A stretch of 57,027 nucleotides of DNA from a virus (Duplodnaviria > Caudoviricetes): positions 1-57,027 of IMG/VR virus record IMGVR_UViG_3300010371_000009; one strand, 5' to 3'. Positions 45,722-53,488 of this stretch are shown here, piece after piece. Within the stretch, counting starts at the first letter, position 1, and each line of letters starts with the position of its first letter. Both the position numbers and the translations under genes were made by a program. The notes beneath the pieces are model-generated. The model saw only the letters and a program-made list of their open reading frames with translations. It had not been told where the DNA came from and did not search any database.

Positions 45722-46124
45722 AAAAATAACACCAGAACAGCTAGCTTCTAACGGTACAGAAGATGGCCATCAGCTTGCGCTTATGTGTTGGTGCGCCGAT
45801 AATGTGCAAATATATCCAGAATTGAAATGGTTGTATGCTGTTCCTAATGGCGGATCGAGACATAAAGCTGAAGCTGGTAAGCTTGTAGCTATGGGCGTTA
45901 AAACTGGTGTACCTGATTTATGCTTGCCTATTAAGCGCGGCAAATTCAGCGGCATTTATATTGAATTGAAACGTCCTGATAGTGTGGGTAAGAAGAAAGG
46001 TATTCCATCTGACGAACAGTTAGGATGGATTGACTTCTTAAGATCGCAGGATTATGGTGCAATTGTATGTTATGGATGGGAAAACGCAAGAGATACACTA
46101 ATTAAATATTTAAAATGGAGTTGA
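45714..46124 (+). CDS. VRR-NUC nuclease / Holliday junction resolvase-like
   Basis: YAVPNGG.R, GVKTGVPDL, IELKR, EQLGW. Confidence 0.9.
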   Translation: MAKKITPEQLASNGTEDGHQLALMCWCADNVQIYPELKWLYAVPNGGSRHKAEAGKLVAMGVKTGVPDLCLPIKRGKFSGIYIELKRPDSVGKKKGIPSDEQLGWIDFLRSQDYGAIVCYGWENARDTLIKYLKWS

Positions 46125-46128
46125 TGAA

Positions 46129-46314
46129 ATGGTTAATAAATTCGTTCAAGAAGTCATTGATCGCATTAAAAACATTCAAGCAATGATTGAAGAAGAATTG
46201 GCAAGTCCAAATCCATCATTGAATTTTATTGACGATTGCAAACTTACACTTGCCCAATGTCAACATCAAATTGGATATTTTAATGAAAATCCAAGCGGTG
46301 TAGAGGTTATTTAA
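46129..46314 (+). CDS. hypothetical protein
   Basis: 61 aa with GGAG RBS. Confidence 0.65.
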   Translation: MVNKFVQEVIDRIKNIQAMIEEELASPNPSLNFIDDCKLTLAQCQHQIGYFNENPSGVEVI

Positions 46315-46926
46315 ATGGTTGGTATTTTTAATATTCTTGATTGGATTGGTATTTACAATCCATCTTTACCTCCATCAAGCTTAGATCAATATGAAGCTGA
46401 AAAGCAAAAGGTTAATAAGACAATGGAAAATGAAACGAATGTATCTTATGATTATGTGCAGAAAGCTTTAGAATATTTTAAATATTTTCTAGCTATTAGA
46501 GGTTACACGAATATCACGCTTGAAGTTCAACCTGAATGTAATTTTGGTATTAAAACAATTCGTGTTATAAATAATTTACATAAAAATCTTTATTTCTCTT
46601 TTGATGTATCTCCTGCTGTTTTATCACTCACAGCAGATGCTTTTAGAGTAATTTATTATGAACCTGTTATGAATATGATGCAATTGAGAATAGCTCAAGA
46701 GGAACAATGGACAGAAGAAGAATTGCAACATATGCGCGATAAATCAAATTATGACAAGATGCAAAAAAAGATAAATGATGCAATTAAAGCTCTTGAAGAA
46801 TGTGGTTATGAAGTGAAGAAGAAAGCGACATGTAATGTAAGATTTAATATTTGTGGTGTATTTATAGATAAATCTACTCTGGAAACTGAATTAGATTTGA
46901 ATGGCTATAAGATGGTAGAGAAATGA
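46315..46926 (+). CDS. hypothetical protein
   Basis: 203 aa with GAGG RBS. Confidence 0.7.
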   Translation: MVGIFNILDWIGIYNPSLPPSSLDQYEAEKQKVNKTMENETNVSYDYVQKALEYFKYFLAIRGYTNITLEVQPECNFGIKTIRVINNLHKNLYFSFDVSPAVLSLTADAFRVIYYEPVMNMMQLRIAQEEQWTEEELQHMRDKSNYDKMQKKINDAIKALEECGYEVKKKATCNVRFNICGVFIDKSTLETELDLNGYKMVEK

Positions 46927-47129
46927 AAACACCTAAGTTTGTTGTCTCTCGTAATGTCAATAATACATCTTACTATTTTAAAATTAGTAAAGGTGAAATT
47001 TGGTGGATTAAGGATAGCAAAGACGCCAATTCTTATTCATCAAAATATGCTGCTAAAAAGCATATCAAAACTATTGACAACATACCAGAAGATGTTAAAG
47101 TAGTAGAGCTAGAAACTATCAGTGCGTAG
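46923..47129 (+). CDS. hypothetical protein; stop codon lies inside tRNA-Pro
   Basis: 68 aa with ATGA overlap; TAG 47127-29 is tRNA nt 8-10. Confidence 0.65.
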   Translation: MKTPKFVVSRNVNNTSYYFKISKGEIWWIKDSKDANSYSSKYAAKKHIKTIDNIPEDVKVVELETISA

Positions 47130-47196
47130 CTCAGCTTGGTAGAGCGATTGCTTTGGGAGCAATAGGTCGTAGGTTCAAATCCTACTGCACTGACCA
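47120..47196 (+). tRNA. tRNA-Pro(UGG)
   Basis: CAGTGCG/TGCACTG acceptor, ATTGC-TTTGGGA-GCAAT, GTAGG-TTCAAAT-CCTAC, A-CCA. Confidence 0.95.
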
Positions 47197-47224
47197 AATT
47201 TTAAATAGCAAAAAGGAAATTTAA

Positions 47225-47371
47225 ATGATTACTGTTAGTAAGACTGTTCATAGTGCAATGAAGCGTGACTTGGAAAAGAAGCGCAAGCGAGTTGCTAAGG
47301 AAATTAACGAATTGAAGCAGATGGAAGCAGCATTTAAGTCTGTCAAGCCAATCAAGCTTGGCAAGCGATAG
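47225..47371 (+). CDS. 48-aa basic coiled-coil peptide (below cutoff)
   Basis: MITVSKTVHSAMKRDLEKKRKRVAKEI...; AAGGA RBS; followed by a terminator. Confidence 0.65.
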   Translation: MITVSKTVHSAMKRDLEKKRKRVAKEINELKQMEAAFKSVKPIKLGKR

Positions 47372-47375
47372 GAGG

Positions 47376-47406
47376 ATAAAGGGGCGAGAACGCCCCTTTA
47401 TTTTTT
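47376..47406 (+). terminator. intrinsic terminator
   Basis: ataaaggggcg-agaa-cgcccctttat followed by a T-run. Confidence 0.85.
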
Positions 47407-47494
47407 AAAATGTCTGTTGACAAACATAATTTAATTATGTCAGGGATGATTATAGGCGCTTTGATTGTAATCCTATTAATTACAGGTATGGTTT

Positions 47495-47716
47495 ATGTCT
47501 GAAGTTTTTAATTTAGAGAATAGCAAGTCAACAAATAATTATAAGTCGATTGTAGTTGAATTGTCGCTAATTGATCCTAAAACTGATAAAGTTATTCATC
47601 ATTATATTCGGACCATTGATGGCAAACAACGTCGTGAGTGGTTGAATAAGACTATAATGTGGGCAATGTTTCAAGGGTTTGATATTGAAATCACTAGAAA
47701 GAAGGAAAATCAATGA
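47495..47716 (+). CDS. hypothetical protein
   Basis: 73 aa; resembles 48934..49176. Confidence 0.65.
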   Translation: MSEVFNLENSKSTNNYKSIVVELSLIDPKTDKVIHHYIRTIDGKQRREWLNKTIMWAMFQGFDIEITRKKENQ

Positions 47717-47982
47717 TTAAGTCTCTTTTAGTTGCTATCGCTGCTTCTTGCATTATTTTTGCTTGTGCTAATGCTCAAGCTCAACAGCCTTCTACATCTT
47801 ACAATATTAAAGTTGATAATTCACAACTTGATTTGATTGGTAAGGCTTTGGGTAAGATGCCTTATGAAGATGTAGCGGTATTGATGCAAGTTTTGCGTCA
47901 ACAGGTTGTGGAACAATCTAAGCTACCGGAAATTAAGACACCTGAAGCTAAAGCACCTGATACTGCGAAAAAGGCAGAATGA
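47713..47982 (+). CDS. secreted hypothetical protein
   Basis: Signal peptide MIKSLLVAIAASCIIFACANAQA. Confidence 0.7.
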   Translation: MIKSLLVAIAASCIIFACANAQAQQPSTSYNIKVDNSQLDLIGKALGKMPYEDVAVLMQVLRQQVVEQSKLPEIKTPEAKAPDTAKKAE

Positions 47983-48161
47983 TGGATCATCCTACCCACA
48001 AACTTAACGCATATCAAGACACAGCCTTTAAATGGGTTACTTATTGCGTGAAATGTGGTTTAGAGGAAAATAACCTTGACATGCAATGCCTTGGTTATTT
48101 GGATCGAAAAAAGATGAAAGAGAATAAAATTACTGTTGACACTCATAATCACTCTGCTTAG
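47979..48161 (+). CDS. hypothetical protein (CxxC)
   Basis: 60 aa with ATGA overlap. Confidence 0.55.
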   Translation: MMDHPTHKLNAYQDTAFKWVTYCVKCGLEENNLDMQCLGYLDRKKMKENKITVDTHNHSA

Positions 48162-48218
48162 ATTGTCAGCATTGATTGGTTGACTACTCAAATCAAAATC
48201 GTGAAAAAGGGATTACAA

Positions 48219-48848
48219 ATGGCTGCAAATAAGAATGTCATTGCTGCGTTGAAGGCTATTAAGGAAACAGGTCGTGTTAGTAAGGAAGTTGGCGAGCCGC
48301 TGCTTAAGCAGGGGCTTATCAATGTCAACATGAATGATGTTGATCCTGCTGGCAATGCCGCTGCTATTCTTACCGATAGTGGTAATGCTGAATTGGCTCC
48401 TAAGAGCAAGAAGAAAGCTGAAAGTGTTATGAGCAATACTTCATTTGAAGTGATTACCAATGCTGTTCCGCCTGAAAGCCGTCGTGGCGCTGGTCGGACG
48501 GCTGGTCCGTCTAAGTACCCATTCGATCAACTTCCTGTTGGTGGTTCGTTCTTTGTTGCTGCTAGTGAGGAAATGCAGAACGTCGTTAAGGCTTTGGGTA
48601 GTTCTGTTTCTAATGCGAATAATAAGTACAAGGTCGAGACTGGCGAAAGCAAGTCTGTTACTCGTACTAAGCGTGGTCCTGGTAACAAGGCTGTGCTTGA
48701 TGAAGCTGGTCACAAGGTCAAGGAAACTGTCACTGTGCCAGTTTATAAGGCAGAGCGTCATTTTATTATCCGTGGCGTGGAAGCTGGCAAGAAGTATGGC
48801 GATTGGGTTGCCCCTGCAAATGGTGCGCTTATTAGCCGTCAAGCCTAA
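48219..48848 (+). CDS. putative DNA-binding protein
   Basis: SKYPFDQLPVGGSFFV motif; own TTGACA promoter (about 48136) and terminator. Confidence 0.75.
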   Translation: MAANKNVIAALKAIKETGRVSKEVGEPLLKQGLINVNMNDVDPAGNAAAILTDSGNAELAPKSKKKAESVMSNTSFEVITNAVPPESRRGAGRTAGPSKYPFDQLPVGGSFFVAASEEMQNVVKALGSSVSNANNKYKVETGESKSVTRTKRGPGNKAVLDEAGHKVKETVTVPVYKAERHFIIRGVEAGKKYGDWVAPANGALISRQA

Positions 48849-48873
48849 TTTTATTACCTAGTGATTGCAAATG

Positions 48874-48908
48874 GCCCCTGCTGATGCTATCGTGTCAGCA
48901 GGGGTTTT
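48874..48908 (+). terminator. intrinsic terminator
   Basis: cccctgctga...tcagcagggg followed by T4. Confidence 0.8.
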
Positions 48909-48933
48909 AATTTAATTAAAAGGAATAATAAAA

Positions 48934-49176
48934 ATGCCACCAACACTAGGCGCTGAAGTTCTACCAAATAAAATTTATGTGAGTGATTTACCTTTGGTGG
49001 TGTTAGTGAAAGATAAAGATGGTAAGGTAAATCGAATTGAGCATATCAATTATAGTAATAGTGAAGAACGCAAATGGTTAGGTAAGCTCACATATCACGC
49101 TGTTACAAGTGGTATGTCTGTAGTCACAATGGCTCAAAAAGATTATAAACCAGAATTGACAACTAGCAAGCTTTAA
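48934..49176 (+). CDS. hypothetical protein
   Basis: 80 aa with AAGGA RBS. Confidence 0.7.
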   Translation: MPPTLGAEVLPNKIYVSDLPLVVLVKDKDGKVNRIEHINYSNSEERKWLGKLTYHAVTSGMSVVTMAQKDYKPELTTSKL

Positions 49177-49192
49177 TGTATTCTTTGAATAA

Positions 49193-49269
49193 GCTTGCGT
49201 AGCCCAACCGGCAGAGGCAAAAGACTTAAAATCTTTACAGTGTCGGTTCAAATCCGACCGCAAGCACCA
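49193..49269 (+). tRNA. tRNA-Leu(UAA) with short variable loop
   Basis: GCTTGCG/CGCAAGC acceptor, AAAGA-CTTAAAA-TCTTT, GTCGG-TTCAAAT-CCGAC, A-CCA. Confidence 0.92.
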
Positions 49270-49287
49270 ATCATACAATGGTGATGA

Positions 49288-49521
49288 ATGGGATTAAATA
49301 TCAAGGAAGAAGTCAATAAGAAGATAAACGATTTAGCAATTCTAAATTATGAAGGCAAGATTAGGTCTATAGCTTTCGTTTATTTAGATGAAAATAACCA
49401 ACTTCAAATGAATACGGTTATTGCTCAAAATACAGAATTAGTTATGCTAGCAGCTACAGAAGTGTTACACGATCAAATAAAGATTATCATCAATAGTAAT
49501 TTTAAACCAAAGGTGGAATAA
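49288..49521 (+). CDS. hypothetical protein
   Basis: 77 aa. Confidence 0.65.
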   Translation: MGLNIKEEVNKKINDLAILNYEGKIRSIAFVYLDENNQLQMNTVIAQNTELVMLAATEVLHDQIKIIINSNFKPKVE

Positions 49522-49524
49522 TCA

Positions 49525-49743
49525 ATGTCAAATAAGCATGAATTTCCAATGTCAACTAGTTTGCAATCGTGCGACTATAATGACGAAACTAAAGAAATGC
49601 ACATTACGTTTTGTTCTGGTGGTACACATAAATTTCACGATGTTGATAAGGAAACTTACGAAGGTTTGAAATCTGCTAAGTCTCCTGGTTCATATTTTCA
49701 CGCCAACATTCGACGTAGCTATAAGTCTAGTAAGGTTGATTAA
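49525..49743 (+). CDS. KTSC-domain protein
   Basis: STSLQSCDY...ITF.SG...F.DV....YEGL.SA.SPGSYFH.NIR. Confidence 0.85.
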   Translation: MSNKHEFPMSTSLQSCDYNDETKEMHITFCSGGTHKFHDVDKETYEGLKSAKSPGSYFHANIRRSYKSSKVD

Positions 49744-49744
49744 G

Positions 49745-49906
49745 ATGTGGAAATTTGAACAGGAATGTACTAATTCAGGTGTATTTATTAAAGATGATGA
49801 ACGTACTAATTTGCAAATCATTAATGATGATAATGATTTGTCAAGTGAAGATTTAGAGCTAGCTAATACAATTTGCGATTTGTTAAATAATCTTAAGCTG
49901 GATTAG
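49745..49906 (+). CDS. 53-aa hypothetical protein; stop codon lies inside tRNA-Thr
   Basis: MWKFEQECTNSG...LLNNLKLD*; TAG 49904-06 is tRNA nt 8-10. Confidence 0.55.
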   Translation: MWKFEQECTNSGVFIKDDERTNLQIINDDNDLSSEDLELANTICDLLNNLKLD

Positions 49907-49971
49907 CACAGTGGTAGTGCAATCGCCTTGTAAGCGATAGGTCAGAAGTTCAAATCTTCTATCCAGCACCA
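49897..49971 (+). tRNA. tRNA-Thr(UGU)
   Basis: GCTGGAT/ATCCAGC acceptor, ATCGC-CTTGTAA-GCGAT, AGAAG-TTCAAAT-CTTCT, A-CCA. Confidence 0.95.
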
Positions 49972-49973
49972 TA

Positions 49974-50013
49974 AAGCCTCTTGCAGATTAACCCCCCCCT
50001 GCAAGGGGCTTTT
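49974..50013 (+). terminator. intrinsic terminator after tRNA-Thr
   Basis: aaagcctcttgcag...ctgcaaggggctttt. Confidence 0.75.
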
Positions 50014-50043
50014 CATTTTTAAAATTTGTGCTACATCTAAAGA

Positions 50044-50610
50044 ATGTGGGCATATCCAGACACTTTTGAAGTAGAGAAGCCAAAAGCTTTAAATCCTGAA
50101 GCTTTAAAGCCCCACATTGAAGATGAAGATAACAAGAAAAAGCTGTTTGGCATAGAGCTAGCTAAAGGTGTACCTTCATTTCAAGCTGCTTGTAATGTAG
50201 CTAATCAGAACAATGCTCATGCTTTGTGGATTGTTCGTATGTGGATCAACGATCCAATTGTATTAGCAGCTAAAGATACTTATACAGAAGCTTCAGCAAA
50301 TAAAAATTCTCTACTTGACAAAAACGAATTAGCTGCGTTATTGCTTTCAATGGCGCGGGAAAAGTCGGCTAATGGTACTTTTTATACATTAGACGGTAAA
50401 GACAGAATTAAAGTCTTAGAATTATATGCAGACGTAATGGGGCTTAGAGACAATAAGAACAATTTACAACAAACTAATTTTACTTTCAATAAGATCGCTG
50501 TTCGATTTATTGAACCAGAAAACAAAAAAGAAGAAACAAAAACAATTGACAATAATGAATTTAAAAATTCAGAATTAAAATCACCATTAAAATTAAAATT
50601 AATCGGTTAA
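50044..50610 (+). CDS. probable terminase small subunit
   Basis: First late gene; helical, with KDRIKVLELYADVMGL resembling the TerS 'DR.KALELL' helix. Confidence 0.55.
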   Translation: MWAYPDTFEVEKPKALNPEALKPHIEDEDNKKKLFGIELAKGVPSFQAACNVANQNNAHALWIVRMWINDPIVLAAKDTYTEASANKNSLLDKNELAALLLSMAREKSANGTFYTLDGKDRIKVLELYADVMGLRDNKNNLQQTNFTFNKIAVRFIEPENKKEETKTIDNNEFKNSELKSPLKLKLIG

Positions 50611-50648
50611 ACCGCTCGCATTATGCGAGTTATTTGGAGATTATACAA

Positions 50649-51206
50649 ATGATTAAGCGCGTAATGCTTGCAGCTTTAGGAATTGCTGCTTTAACTACAA
50701 CTGCTTTTGCTCAAAATGGAATGTGGTCTAATTTCCCTATCGCTGGCGGTAACGCTTATTCTTGCGGTAGTGTGAATGGTGTTAGCAATTGTACTGTTCC
50801 TGCTGGTCCTGCTTTGACTGGTAGTGAGAATATGCCTGCTAATACCAATGCTGCTAGTGGTGCTGCTGTTCCACAGAATGTTCTTATTCCAGTGGTTGCG
50901 TTAGGTGCTGGTGCAGCGCAGTTTGCTAGTCCTTTAACTGGTACTACTGTTGCTGTGAACGCTGGTGTTACTCGTGTTATGTTAACACCTGCTGGCACTA
51001 TTTCTACACTTACTCTTACGTTGCCACCTGTTGCAGGATTGGTTGATAATCAACTTATTTCAGTTGGTTCGAGCCAAACTGTTACAACTTTAACAGTTGG
51101 TGGTAATGGTGCATCGTTAGTTGGTGCTCCTACAACGGTTGGCGCTACATCTGGTTTTCAGCTTGTATATCGCAAGTCTAATACCACTTGGTATCGCATT
51201 CAGTAA
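50649..51206 (+). CDS. signal-peptide-bearing beta-rich virion-like protein
   Basis: MIKRVMLAALGIAALTTTAFA|QN; LTPAGTISTLTLTLP...TTWYRI; GGAG RBS. Confidence 0.75.
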   Translation: MIKRVMLAALGIAALTTTAFAQNGMWSNFPIAGGNAYSCGSVNGVSNCTVPAGPALTGSENMPANTNAASGAAVPQNVLIPVVALGAGAAQFASPLTGTTVAVNAGVTRVMLTPAGTISTLTLTLPPVAGLVDNQLISVGSSQTVTTLTVGGNGASLVGAPTTVGATSGFQLVYRKSNTTWYRIQ

Positions 51207-51233
51207 TTTACACATTTAAAAAGGATTAATTTT

Positions 51234-51641
51234 ATGCGTAAATTACTAATTGGTCTTGCAGCGTGCCTTAGCTTTGCTGTCTTAGCTAAGGCTGCTGATA
51301 TTCCTTACTTTGGTCCTGGTTTTGCACTTCAGGATGGCGGTAAGTTGAATGTGATGGTTGATGCTATCAACGCATTGACTAACAACAAAGTGGCTGGTGA
51401 AATCGCTTTAGATGGCACCAATCCTACAGCGGTAGCTACAGGTTTAAGCTCTATTACATCTTGTAATGTGAATTTGAAGCTCGCTACCGCTCCTGGTGTT
51501 GGTACGTCCAACATTACTTATTCTACAACTGCTGGAACGCTTAATATTTATGGCTGGAAAGTTACAAGCTCTAGCGATAATACACTAATTGCTTCTACAG
51601 GTACAGAAACAATTGGTTATAGCTGTTCTGGTGTGAAGTAA
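51234..51641 (+). CDS. signal-peptide-bearing beta-rich virion-like protein
   Basis: MRKLLIGLAACLSFAVLAKA|AD; Thr/Gly/Ser-rich. Confidence 0.75.
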   Translation: MRKLLIGLAACLSFAVLAKAADIPYFGPGFALQDGGKLNVMVDAINALTNNKVAGEIALDGTNPTAVATGLSSITSCNVNLKLATAPGVGTSNITYSTTAGTLNIYGWKVTSSSDNTLIASTGTETIGYSCSGVK

Positions 51642-51653
51642 GGGATTAAACAA

Positions 51654-52073
51654 ATGAAGCGTCTATTACTTGGATTTTTAATTTATCTAAGCTTGGGCGC
51701 TTCATTTGCCCACAGTCAAGGCACTCAATTGTGCTTTACAACAAATGGGACTAATTGCATTGCAGTTAGTCCTACCAATCCTTTACCAGTTGCAAGCGGT
51801 ACAGTAAATTTTAAAAATATAACGACAAATGCCAGCACTGAAGTTAAAGCTAGTCCTGGTACAGTGTTTGGTATTGTTGTTAATACTGCTGGTGCTACAT
51901 CAAACGTTAAACTTTATGACGATGCTGATGGTACTTGTAGTAGCAATTTAGTTGGTACTTTTTCTACATTATCACAAACCGCAATTACCAATTTAAATAT
52001 TTCTATGTCAATTGGAATTTGCGCTCTTACTGCTGGTGGTACGCCAGCCGATATAACAATTTTGTATCGTTAA
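51654..52073 (+). CDS. signal-peptide-bearing beta-rich virion-like protein
   Basis: MKRLLLGFLIYLSLGASFAHS|QG; VKASPGTVFGIVVN...VKLYD...GI...DITILY. Confidence 0.75.
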   Translation: MKRLLLGFLIYLSLGASFAHSQGTQLCFTTNGTNCIAVSPTNPLPVASGTVNFKNITTNASTEVKASPGTVFGIVVNTAGATSNVKLYDDADGTCSSNLVGTFSTLSQTAITNLNISMSIGICALTAGGTPADITILYR

Positions 52074-53488
52074 TGAATGCAATTGCTGCACAATTGTTAC
52101 CAGAAGAAGAAAAGGAAGTTGAAATTAGACTTCCTAAGAAATTTCATTTTTTATTAAATGAACCTGCTCGATTTAAAGTTATCTATGGTGGTCGTGGTGG
52201 AGCTAAGACAGAAACAGCAGCAAGAGCTTTAATTATCTTAGCTTTACAATTAAAACTTCGTATTGCCTGCTTTCGTGAATTTCAAAACTCTATTGACGAA
52301 AGTGTTTATCAAACAATTAAAAATTGTATTTTTGATCTAGGTTTAGAAGATCAATTTTCAATTTTAAGAACAAGTATTATCTGTACTCGCACTGGTACAG
52401 AATTTATCTTTTCAGGATTAAGACATAAAATCGACGCTATTAAATCTATGGCACGCATTGACATTGCGTGGATAGATGAAGCTCGCAATGCTTCTAAAAC
52501 TTCACTTGATAAGCTAATGCCTACCATTCGCGGTATGCACAAAGATAGTCCAACTGGTCGCGGTGGTCCTTTCGGTAAAGGACCAGAAATCTGGATTACT
52601 TATAATCCAGAATTAGAAGATGATCCAGTTCATAAAATGTTTGTTGTGCAACGTGAAAAGTATGCTCCTGAATTTATCAAGAATGAAGAAACAGGCGAAA
52701 TGGAGCGTTATGCAATTGTTGTAAAAATCAACTGGTCAGACAATCCATTCTTTCCAGAAGATTTAAGACAACAGATGGCTGTTTCTAAAGCGGCTGATGA
52801 AGATGAGTGGTTACATATTTGGGAAGGTAATACAAAGCAAGTTTTAGCTGGTGCCATCTATGCTAAAGAAATTAAAAAAATCTTACTTGATGGAAGGCGA
52901 GGTAAAGTACCATATAATCCTAATAAACCAGTCTATACATTTTGGGATTTAGGACACAACGATAAAACAGCTATCTGGTTTATGCAGCAAGCAGGTTTTG
53001 AATTTAATTTCATAAATTATTATGAAAATAGCCTGCAAAAAATGCCTCACTACATCAAGTATCTTCAATCTTTAGAATACAACTATGGAATGCACTATTT
53101 GCCGCATGATGGTGATGCAGAGACTTTATCAAATATTACCCCGCGAAAACAGTTACAAGATTGTGGGTATAAAGTTAAGATTGTTGATAGACCTTCTAAA
53201 AAATTAGTTGCTATCAACGCTGTTAGAACACTTTTAGATTTGTGTAATTTTGATGAAGAATTTACCGCTGATGGATGGCAATGTATTTGCAATTATGCTT
53301 ATGAAATTAAAAAGAGTGGTCAATTTAGTAATGAGCCAGATCATGATACGCCGTGGTCGCATGGTGCTGATGGTTTGACTACATTTGCATTAGCTTTTAA
53401 ACCTGAAAAGAAAAAGAAGCCTGAAGATAAGACCGTAACTTCAGGCCGTGTTTTAAACTTACGCGGTGGCAATGGGTGGATGGGTTAA
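52073..53488 (+). CDS. terminase large subunit (PBSX/P22-group type)
   Basis: YGGRGGAKT Walker A, WIDEA Walker B, TYNP, FWDLG and SHGADG nuclease motifs. Confidence 0.95.
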   Translation: MNAIAAQLLPEEEKEVEIRLPKKFHFLLNEPARFKVIYGGRGGAKTETAARALIILALQLKLRIACFREFQNSIDESVYQTIKNCIFDLGLEDQFSILRTSIICTRTGTEFIFSGLRHKIDAIKSMARIDIAWIDEARNASKTSLDKLMPTIRGMHKDSPTGRGGPFGKGPEIWITYNPELEDDPVHKMFVVQREKYAPEFIKNEETGEMERYAIVVKINWSDNPFFPEDLRQQMAVSKAADEDEWLHIWEGNTKQVLAGAIYAKEIKKILLDGRRGKVPYNPNKPVYTFWDLGHNDKTAIWFMQQAGFEFNFINYYENSLQKMPHYIKYLQSLEYNYGMHYLPHDGDAETLSNITPRKQLQDCGYKVKIVDRPSKKLVAINAVRTLLDLCNFDEEFTADGWQCICNYAYEIKKSGQFSNEPDHDTPWSHGADGLTTFALAFKPEKKKKPEDKTVTSGRVLNLRGGNGWMG

